From NCBI GenBank assembly GCA_965116365.1, contig OZ220682.1, forward strand, positions 2,008,001 through 2,072,000: a stretch of DNA of 64,000 nt, read 5' to 3'. The position numbers and the translations under genes are program-made. Within the stretch, counting starts at the first letter, position 1; every line of letters starts with the position of its first letter. This DNA is from Dehalococcoidia bacterium. GTDB taxonomy: Bacteria; Chloroflexota; Dehalococcoidia; Lucifugimonadales; Lucifugimonadaceae. Below, piece by piece: positions 15,525 to 22,736 of this stretch. Below the pieces are notes generated by a model. It searched no databases and was not told where the DNA came from. It saw nothing but the letters and a program-made list of their open reading frames with translations.

Positions 15525-16421
15525 ATGTCGCTTTCAGTTTCGTGCTACACACGTGTCCAGGGCGATATCGCCATCCGGCTGGCATTGGCAGTCATGGGAT
15601 TCGTCTCGGGGTTAGTGGTAGTTTTCTGGTTCTTGGCCGGAAACGCGATACAAAACGAGTTAATAATCGCCCAAGACGAACCGACCAAGGAGAATTTGAC
15701 ATACACCGTTGTCGTGGATCGCTTTTGGAAAAGAGGAGGCGGAGTATACGGTTCAAAAGACGTTTGGGAAATATACGGTGTCAATGAGTTCCAACAAAAC
15801 GACGATTTCGTAGTCGATCGCTTTTGGTACTCGCCGATCCTTGATGAAGTGATGGAGAGGTGGATGAATCGCGGAAATGTGAGAAGCAACTACGGTGAGA
15901 GATTATTCATTGAAGGCGTTGAACGTGCGCTCATCGACATACCAGGATGTCCGTTGATCCTCATGACCGATAAGCCGTATCGTAGATTGGCGGAGGACAA
16001 TTGGTGGAGTCTGATTGTGCCACATGAGAGAGAAGAAACCTATAGTGGCGACATGCTCCGATGTGAGCGGACATTCTTAAACGAACTGACCCAGGATTTA
16101 GACGAAAAACTGAATAGTGAGGTCAGGGCGTTGGAGGATGAGTTAAAGCAACTGGAGAAAGAAGGAAACTTCTTGGCAGTTGCGTTAAGGTCTGTGCAAG
16201 GCCACGCTGAAGTTCGCAGGGTGGCCACGCAAGATCGGTTTGAGATTGCACTTCTGAGGTTCGACAGTCTGTTGCGCTGGGTAACTGGAGAGACCCATGT
16301 CGATCTATGGGAACCTATCGAGAGCCAAATGCAAGAACCTAGTTCAGAGTCACCAACGGCTTCGCCTGAAGCGCCGGATACAGCACTATTGTCCACTCCA
16401 ACTATCACTCCAACTGAATAA
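15525..16421 (+). CDS. Hypothetical N-terminally membrane-anchored protein with a coiled-coil and a PT-rich tail
   Basis: The ATG at 15525 lies 7 nt after AGGAGG. One TM helix (IRLALAVMGFVSGLVVVFWFLAG), a duplicated VVDRFW motif, a heptad-like segment LDEKLNSEVRALEDELKQLEKEG, and a tail ending STPTITPTE. Two sampled lines give 47% GC. I recognise no family. Confidence 0.5.
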   Translation: MSLSVSCYTRVQGDIAIRLALAVMGFVSGLVVVFWFLAGNAIQNELIIAQDEPTKENLTYTVVVDRFWKRGGGVYGSKDVWEIYGVNEFQQNDDFVVDRFWYSPILDEVMERWMNRGNVRSNYGERLFIEGVERALIDIPGCPLILMTDKPYRRLAEDNWWSLIVPHEREETYSGDMLRCERTFLNELTQDLDEKLNSEVRALEDELKQLEKEGNFLAVALRSVQGHAEVRRVATQDRFEIALLRFDSLLRWVTGETHVDLWEPIESQMQEPSSESPTASPEAPDTALLSTPTITPTE

Positions 16422-16440
16422 TCGCTACGCGGATTGACAC

Positions 16441-16461
16441 GCTACTCTATCTGCGAGTAGC
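16441..16461 (+). terminator. Candidate stem-loop after the hypothetical gene
   Basis: GCTACTC (16441-16447) and GAGTAGC (16455-16461) form a perfect 7-bp stem with a 7-nt loop. A T-rich tract (ttgtttt) follows ~20 nt later, so this is not a canonical intrinsic terminator. Confidence 0.35.
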
Positions 16462-16642
16462 ATTGAATCGATACCTTGTTTTGGTGCGTCGATCCCAATG
16501 TGGCGGCCAGAACAGTCGGTGAATCAGCGAGCTTAGGATCACAAAGCTGCTGCTGTCACTCCCGGCACGGGTCTACCCTCACAAAGGTTCCCATGCGCAG
16601 GTGATATGACAGGCATCAGCGCACAATCGAGGAACGACACCC

Positions 16643-17869
16643 GTGCCATACGTAAACGGTCTACGCTGCAAGGAATGCGGCACCGACTACCCTATCGAGC
16701 CGCTCTACGTTTGCGATTTCTGCTTCGGGCCACTGGAAGTCTCCTACGACTACGATGCGGTGAGTCGTTCGATCAGTCGGGAATCTATCGAGCGCGGTCC
16801 AGCGACACTTTGGCGGTATGCGGACCTTCTGCCTGCCTCAGCTTCTAACGCGGTTGACATCGGCGCAGGTCTGACACCGCTGATCAAGGCGGAGAATCTT
16901 GGCGAAGTTCTGGGTCTAGACAATCTCTGGATCAAGAACGATACGGCGAATCCGACACACTCGTTCAAAGACCGCGTCGTTTCGGTCGCAGCTACTAAGA
17001 CCGTCGAGTTCGGGTTTGACACTTTGGCGTGTCCGTCAACGGGTAACTTGGCTGGTGCGACAGCAGCGCATGGTCGGAAGGCGCGGTTGAACACGATGGT
17101 GTTCGTGCCGCACGATCTGGAACGGGCAAAGATCAACATGGCGGCGATCTTCGGATCTGTGATTCTGGTTCGGGGCAACTATGACGATGTGAACCGGCTG
17201 TGTAGCGAGTTGGCCGATGAGCGTCGGTGGGCGTTTGTGAACGTGAATATGCGTCCGTACTACTCGGAGGGCAGCAAGTCTTTGGGCTTCGAAGTTGCTG
17301 AGCAGCTCGGATGGCGTGCGCCAAGGCATATTGTGGTGCCGGTCGCTTCTGGCTCATTGCTGACTAAGGTTTGGAAGGGTTTGCGAGAGTTCACCGATCT
17401 CGGGTTGATCGATGATGCCCCAACGTCGATGCACGTCGCTCAAGCCGAGGGATGCTCCCCTGTCGCTACCGCCGTCCAAGAGGGTCAGACGCACCCGCGT
17501 CCGGTGGTCCCAGACACGATCGCTAAGTCACTTGCGATCGGCAATCCGGCGGATGGTTACTACTCGGCAAAGGTGACTGCGGAATCGGGCGGTAAGGGTT
17601 GCATCGTTCCGGAGGAGGACGTTGCGGCGGGCATTCGATTGTTGGCTGAGACTGAGGGCATCTTCGCGGAGACGGCTGGTGGTGTTGTGATTTCGGCACT
17701 GAAGCAGTTGGCAGAGGGCGGCGCGATTGCTCGTGACGAGGAGACGGTTGCGCTGATCACGGGCAGTGGGTTGAAGACGATAGATGCGGTTGCGGACTCG
17801 ATCAGGGTAACAACGATCGATGCGGACGTCAGGTCGTTCGACGAGATGATTATGGGCGCGGTGGCGTAG
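16643..17869 (+). CDS. thrC: Threonine synthase (PLP-dependent, with N-terminal zinc ribbon)
   Basis: N-terminal CKECGTDYPIEPLYVCDFCFGPLEV, the PLP-lysine context NPTHSFKDR, and the Gly-rich loop VPVASGSLL. GTG start at 16643 with GAGGA 9 nt upstream. Confidence 0.88.
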   Translation: MPYVNGLRCKECGTDYPIEPLYVCDFCFGPLEVSYDYDAVSRSISRESIERGPATLWRYADLLPASASNAVDIGAGLTPLIKAENLGEVLGLDNLWIKNDTANPTHSFKDRVVSVAATKTVEFGFDTLACPSTGNLAGATAAHGRKARLNTMVFVPHDLERAKINMAAIFGSVILVRGNYDDVNRLCSELADERRWAFVNVNMRPYYSEGSKSLGFEVAEQLGWRAPRHIVVPVASGSLLTKVWKGLREFTDLGLIDDAPTSMHVAQAEGCSPVATAVQEGQTHPRPVVPDTIAKSLAIGNPADGYYSAKVTAESGGKGCIVPEEDVAAGIRLLAETEGIFAETAGGVVISALKQLAEGGAIARDEETVALITGSGLKTIDAVADSIRVTTIDADVRSFDEMIMGAVA

Positions 17870-17973
17870 AAGGGTATTATGGAATTCAGTCACGCATCCC
17901 AGAGCGTCGTATACTCAACTGCGGCGTTAACGTGCGCGGCATAGGAACATCTTCGAGGAGTGAAGGCAGCAAC

Positions 17974-18069
17974 ATGATCCCAGTTCTGATAGCGATTGTC
18001 GTCGCTTTCTTCGTGGCAGGTCTCATATGGCTCCTAGTGGAGTGGACATCGGAAAAAGACCCGGCCTAG
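17974..18069 (+). CDS. Possible 31-aa single-pass membrane peptide
   Basis: ATG at 17974-17976 and TAG at 18067-18069. The product is MIPVLIAIVVAFFVAGLIWLLVEWTSEKDPA, one hydrophobic helix. GAAGG lies 7 nt upstream. It is below the ORF-track length cut-off. Confidence 0.3.
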   Translation: MIPVLIAIVVAFFVAGLIWLLVEWTSEKDPA

Positions 18070-18204
18070 GCATGGTCTGACTACTTTCCCTGAGTTCGAC
18101 TCGGTGCGATCGACGATGCTCATCGTCTAGAATCATCTCTCAGCATCCAGAAGCGAACCAGAACGCCGTGCGTTGCGGCGGTGATTGACGGAGTAACAGA
18201 CACA

Positions 18205-18480
18205 ATGGCAGTTTCAGTTAAGATACCGACGCCGTTGCGGCGGCTGACCGACCAGCAGTCGACGGTGAGTGCTGATGGTGGAGATGTATCAGCGATGATC
18301 GAATCGTTGGACGGGGCATTTCCTGGGATCAAGGCTCGGCTATGCGACGACTCTGGTGAGCTTCGCCACTTCGTCAACATCTACGTCAACGGCGAGGACA
18401 TTCGATATCTTGACGGGACCGACACTGGTTTGTCGGACGGGGATGAAGTCAGCATCGTGCCCGCGGTTGCAGGCGGTTAA
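18205..18480 (+). CDS. MoaD/ThiS/CysO-like ubiquitin-fold sulfur-carrier protein (C-terminal GG)
   Basis: 91 aa ending ...[39 protein letters not shown] is the MoaD/CysO pattern. The ATG at 18205 was preferred over the GTG at 18181. Confidence 0.8.
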   Translation: MAVSVKIPTPLRRLTDQQSTVSADGGDVSAMIESLDGAFPGIKARLCDDSGELRHFVNIYVNGEDIRYLDGTDTGLSDGDEVSIVPAVAGG

Positions 18481-19599
18481 CTAGCTAACTAGCACGTCGT
18501 TCAGAGCCGCTCGAACGACCCTCGTTGAGACATCGCGGCTCGTGGTGGAGCGGCCGGGACCTCGTAAAAGGACCCAGCGGATTTTGCCGCCGCGTGATTT
18601 TTTGTCCGAGGTTGTTGCTTCGAGCAACGTTTCGGGGTCGACGCCACTCAGCGTTGTTGGAAGTTCAAAGCGTTGGAGCAGTGTGCGTTGACGATCCACA
18701 AGTTCTTCTGATATCAGGCCTTGGCGTTGTGATATACCAGCGGCGACCATCATGCCGATGCTTACGGCTTCACCGTGGAGGTAGGTTCCGTATTCGGTTA
18801 CGGCTTCGATGGCATGGCCGATAGTGTGGCCGTAGTTGAGCAGAACACGGTCGTTGCCAGTCTCGAACTCGTCGGCTGACACGATCTCGGCTTTAATCTC
18901 GACGGAGCGCCGGATGACAGGTTCGACAAGGTCGCCTGAGAGTGCCGCTAAATCTTCCGCGTGGGTTTCGAAGGTGTTCAGCAGGTCGTCGTCGAGGATG
19001 AGGGCGTGTTTTACTGCTTCGGCCCAGCCGGCGGCAAGTTCGCGGCGTGGGAGCGTGTCGAGGAAGTCGATGTCGTGAATGACTAGGCGCGGTTGTTTGA
19101 AAGCGCCGACGAGGTTTTTGCCGATCGGCAGGTTGACGGCGGCTTTGCCTCCGATAGAGGCATCGACCATGGCGGCGAGAGATGTCGGAACATGTACCAC
19201 TGGCACACCACGGAGCCAAGTTGCGGAAACGAATCCAACGAGGTCGGAGGTTACTCCGCCGCCCATGGAAACGACGCAGTCGGTACGTTCGGCACGCTGC
19301 TCGGCGAGCCACTCGTACACCTTGGTTGCAGTCGGTATGGTCTTGGCTTCCTCGCCAAGTTCGAGGATGAGCGCGTGAGTTTCGTATCCGCCACGTTCGA
19401 GGGCTTCGTGTGCGCGTCGGACGAGCAGCGGGAACATCGCGTAGTCGGCGATGAGGAACGCCCTGCCGTTGACACCAGCTTGGCGCATCTCTGGCCCGAT
19501 AGCTTCGATGGCACCGCGCGAGACCATGACGCGGTAGTCGCCCTGAGAGGTTATGACGGTTGCGGCCGGTTCTTCAGCACCCGGATTGTAGTTAAACAT
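18481..19599 (-). CDS. aroB: 3-dehydroquinate synthase
   Basis: GGGVTSDLVGFVSATWLRGVP.VHVPT.L.AMVDASIGGK..VN, then HAL and LNYGHT.GHA.E, are AroB signatures. The ATG at 19597-19599 overlaps the aroK stop by 8 nt. Confidence 0.92.
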   Translation of the reverse strand: MFNYNPGAEEPAATVITSQGDYRVMVSRGAIEAIGPEMRQAGVNGRAFLIADYAMFPLLVRRAHEALERGGYETHALILELGEEAKTIPTATKVYEWLAEQRAERTDCVVSMGGGVTSDLVGFVSATWLRGVPVVHVPTSLAAMVDASIGGKAAVNLPIGKNLVGAFKQPRLVIHDIDFLDTLPRRELAAGWAEAVKHALILDDDLLNTFETHAEDLAALSGDLVEPVIRRSVEIKAEIVSADEFETGNDRVLLNYGHTIGHAIEAVTEYGTYLHGEAVSIGMMVAAGISQRQGLISEELVDRQRTLLQRFELPTTLSGVDPETLLEATTSDKKSRGGKIRWVLLRGPGRSTTSRDVSTRVVRAALNDVLVS

Positions 19600-20161
19600 C
19601 GGAGTTGACCTGATTGGATTCCGCCCAAGATGACAACTCTTGCCAGACGTTTTCAATAGCGGCGGCGACTTGACGGTGGGACAGTCCTTCCGTGTTTATG
19701 GATCGGTCGGCGCACGAGTATGCCTCGGTTCGCTCAGCCAGCAGATTGGCAATCCGTTGCTCTGGGGCATCGTCGCCCAGAAGCGGACGCAGTGTCCGGT
19801 TTCTGCTTTGTCGCGTGGTAAGCCTTTTGTGAATCGTTTCAGGAGTTGCCGTCAAATGTATGATGACCCCGCTGTTTCGCATAATTTGACGGTTGAGCTC
19901 GCGAACGGGAACACCTCCACCAGTGGAGACGACGCGGCTGGACTTCTCGGACAGTTCACGGAGGATGTCAGTCTCGATCTTGCGGAACTCATCCTCGCCG
20001 TCGTCCTCGAAGATCTCGGGTATCGACTTTTTTGTACGGTACTCGATCAGGTCGTCCATATCGACGAATGGGAGTTTGAGAAGTTCGGCGGCTCTGATAC
20101 CGCTGAGGGACTTTCCGGTTCCGGAGAAGCCGATGAGGTAGATGTTGCCGTTCGGTTTCAC
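19592..20161 (-). CDS. aroK: Shikimate kinase
   Basis: Walker A motif IYLIGFSGTGKS, then FVDMDDLIE and the STGGG motif. Confidence 0.9.
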   Translation of the reverse strand: MKPNGNIYLIGFSGTGKSLSGIRAAELLKLPFVDMDDLIEYRTKKSIPEIFEDDGEDEFRKIETDILRELSEKSSRVVSTGGGVPVRELNRQIMRNSGVIIHLTATPETIHKRLTTRQSRNRTLRPLLGDDAPEQRIANLLAERTEAYSCADRSINTEGLSHRQVAAAIENVWQELSSWAESNQVNSDV

Positions 20162-20162
20162 C

Positions 20163-21353
20163 TTATGCGACTACACCGACGCCGAACTCTTGGTGGGAGG
20201 CGATGTAGGAGTCGTAGTTTCGACGCGTCTCGGCTATGGAGTCACCGCCGAACTTCTCCAGAAACGCATCGGCAAGAACCAGTGCCATCATCGCTTCGCC
20301 GATCGGGCATGCGCGGGCGATCTGACAGATGTCGGAGCGGTTGTATGCGGCCTCGATCACCTCGCCAGTATTGATGTCGATACTGGGAAGCGGGCGCGTC
20401 ATGGTGGCGATGGGCTTGACGGCGACGTGGACGACGATGGGGTTGCCGTTAGACATTCCACCTTCGATGCCACCCGCGTGGTTGGTCAGCTGGCGGAATC
20501 GTCGAGGATCGGAGGGATCTGGCACGATAACGTCGTGGACATCCCTGCCCCATTTGGCGGTGTTGTCGAAGCCGTATCCGATCTCGACGCCCTTGACTGC
20601 GTTGATGCTGGCCATGGCTTGGGCGAGTCGACCATCGAGTTTGCGGTCCCACATGACGTGGCTGCCTAGTCCGACCGGCACACCGAAGGCGATGATCTCC
20701 ATCACGCCGCCGATAGTGGTGCGTTCCTTCTTCGCAGTGTCGATGGCGGCGCGGTATCGTTCGTCAGCGTCGGCATTCCAAGCCCGAACTTCGGAGGCTT
20801 CGACGGTATCCCAGTCGATTTCAGACGGGTTGATGATTGGGGATTTTTCGGATCCGCAGCTGACGACATGGGAACGGATGTCGATGTCGAACTGCTCGAG
20901 GATGCGTCGTGCGACGGTCGATGCGGCAACTCGGGCGGCTGTCTCACGGGCGGAGGCGCGTTCGAGCACGTTTCGGACGTCGTGATGTAGGTATTTGAGC
21001 GCGCCGGGGAAGTCGGCATGGCCGGGAACGATACGGGTATGCGTCTTTTTGTCTACATCGTCGCCTACGTCAGCGACGGACATCGCGTCCGTCCAGTTGG
21101 CGAAGTCTTTGTTCTCGATCCACATGGCGATGGGAGAGCCCAGCGCTTTGCCGTGGCGGACACCACCGCGGATGACGGCGCGGTCCTTCTCGATCTTCAT
21201 GCGACCGCCGGAGCCGTAGCCCTTTTGGCGGCGTGCCATCTGCTCCTCGACGTAGTCCTCGTCGATCGGGAGTCCGGAGGGTACGCCCTCCACTATCACG
21301 GTCAGCCCCGGACCGTGGGATTCGCCTGCGGTGAGGTATCTAAAACGGGTCAT
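20163..21353 (-). CDS. aroC: Chorismate synthase
   Basis: The N-terminus FRYLTAGESHGPGLTVIVEGVPSGL, then RQKGYGSGGRMKIE and RSDICQ, are hallmark AroC motifs. Confidence 0.95.
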   Translation of the reverse strand: MTRFRYLTAGESHGPGLTVIVEGVPSGLPIDEDYVEEQMARRQKGYGSGGRMKIEKDRAVIRGGVRHGKALGSPIAMWIENKDFANWTDAMSVADVGDDVDKKTHTRIVPGHADFPGALKYLHHDVRNVLERASARETAARVAASTVARRILEQFDIDIRSHVVSCGSEKSPIINPSEIDWDTVEASEVRAWNADADERYRAAIDTAKKERTTIGGVMEIIAFGVPVGLGSHVMWDRKLDGRLAQAMASINAVKGVEIGYGFDNTAKWGRDVHDVIVPDPSDPRRFRQLTNHAGGIEGGMSNGNPIVVHVAVKPIATMTRPLPSIDINTGEVIEAAYNRSDICQIARACPIGEAMMALVLADAFLEKFGGDSIAETRRNYDSYIASHQEFGVGVVA

Positions 21354-22201
21354 CAGGAAGTAGCTCGCCTAACTGCTTCGAACATTTCGTCCACGGGGGC
21401 CCGTTTGCCTGTCGCCAGCTCGAAGCCGACTGCGCCTTGGAGCAAGAGCATGGTGAAGCCACGGAGCGATTTGGCACCGGCTTTCTCGACTTCATTGAGG
21501 AACGGAGTCATCGGGGGAGCGTATACGGCGTCGTATGCGACAGCATCGGACGAGATAGCATCGGCGGTTACGGGAGTGGCATCGGGCGCGGGTCCACCAT
21601 CCATTCCCATCGATGAGGTATTTACCAAGAGATCAGACGCCAATGAGATGTCATTCAGGTCGTCGGCATCGAGACCGCATGAATTAATGTTCAGCGTGTC
21701 GTCGGAAAAGTCGGCTGCGAGTTCTTCGGCTCGCTCGACGGTGCGGTTGGCGATAGTCATCGACGCTACGCCTATGGTTTTGAGTGCGTGAACGATCGCT
21801 CGTGCCGCGCCGCCTGCGCCAAAGACGAGCGCAGATTTTCCTGCGGGATCGAACTCGCCGAGTTCGGTTAGGGCTCGTAGAAATCCTGGCGAGTCGGTGT
21901 TGTGGCCTGTCAGGTGTCCGTTGTTGTTGATGATCCAGTTGACGGCACCTACGGCAACTGCGGTGTCAGCGAGATCGTCGATCATCGGTATCACCGCCTG
22001 CTTGTGCGGCAGGGTGACGCAACTGGCTAGGAAACCGTCGGCCCGGAACGATTCGACTTTTGCGGCGAGGTCATCGGGATGTGTCGGCCAAGCCTCGAAC
22101 AACTCATCGATGCCGTGGTGTTTAAGTGCGGCGTTCTGGAAAACGGGCGACAGCGTGTGCCCTAACGGGTATCCGATGATGCCGAAATTGCTAGTAGTCA
22201 T
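21353..22201 (-). CDS. aroE: Shikimate 5-dehydrogenase
   Basis: FGIIGYPLGHTLSPVFQNAA......, then NTD..GF and GAGGAARA. Confidence 0.9.
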   Translation of the reverse strand: MTTSNFGIIGYPLGHTLSPVFQNAALKHHGIDELFEAWPTHPDDLAAKVESFRADGFLASCVTLPHKQAVIPMIDDLADTAVAVGAVNWIINNNGHLTGHNTDSPGFLRALTELGEFDPAGKSALVFGAGGAARAIVHALKTIGVASMTIANRTVERAEELAADFSDDTLNINSCGLDADDLNDISLASDLLVNTSSMGMDGGPAPDATPVTADAISSDAVAYDAVYAPPMTPFLNEVEKAGAKSLRGFTMLLLQGAVGFELATGKRAPVDEMFEAVRRATS

Positions 22202-22287
22202 GGGGGTCGGTTTGGAGGTGTTTGGGGGCTCGCGGTTAGATAAATCCTATACCGAGGACGATGCCTAATTTCGGATTGGACTGTTCG

Positions 22288-22734
22288 CTATCCGCCGTCG
22301 AGATAGGTCTGGAGGATTATTGCGGCGGCGGCGGAGTCGACACGTCCCTTGACGCGGTGACGGCGTTGGGATGGTGAATCTACTTCGTTCAGTGCCCTTT
22401 CGGCTTCGACAGTGCTTAGACGCTCGTCGGTGGTGAAGACTGGAATATCGACGACTGCTCGCAACTGTCCGACGAACGCCAAGGCATCTTCGCCCATGGG
22501 TGACATGCTACCGTCCATGTGCAGCGGCACGCCGACGACGATCTCAGTCACGCCGCGTTCGGCTACTAACGATTTGATGTGTACAAGTGCCTCGTCGGTC
22601 GCGGCGGCTTTGACGGGAGATGCGATTACCCGTTCAGGATCCGAAACAGCGAGGCCGACTCTTGCGAGTCCGAAATCGACACCTAGGCACCTGCCCGTAC
22701 GTTTGCGGCGGTCTTTGACTCGTTCTCCTGCCAT
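22288..22734 (-). CDS. ruvX: Holliday junction resolvase-like RuvX/YqgF
   Basis: CLGVDFGLARVGLAVSDP........, then IVVGVPLHMDGS and ERLSTVEAER. It lies immediately downstream of alaS, the usual arrangement. Confidence 0.88.
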   Translation of the reverse strand: MAGERVKDRRKRTGRCLGVDFGLARVGLAVSDPERVIASPVKAAATDEALVHIKSLVAERGVTEIVVGVPLHMDGSMSPMGEDALAFVGQLRAVVDIPVFTTDERLSTVEAERALNEVDSPSQRRHRVKGRVDSAAAAIILQTYLDGG

Positions 22735-22736
22735 GG

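Noticed and set aside
16462-16642. A cobalamin or SAM-II/SAM-V riboswitch in the thrC leader (GGTGAATC, GATCAC and AAAGCTGC strings).
   Set aside because: The fragments are adjacent rather than separated by the helices those classes require, and the B12-box and pseudoknot partners are missing. I cannot support any class without a covariance-model scan.
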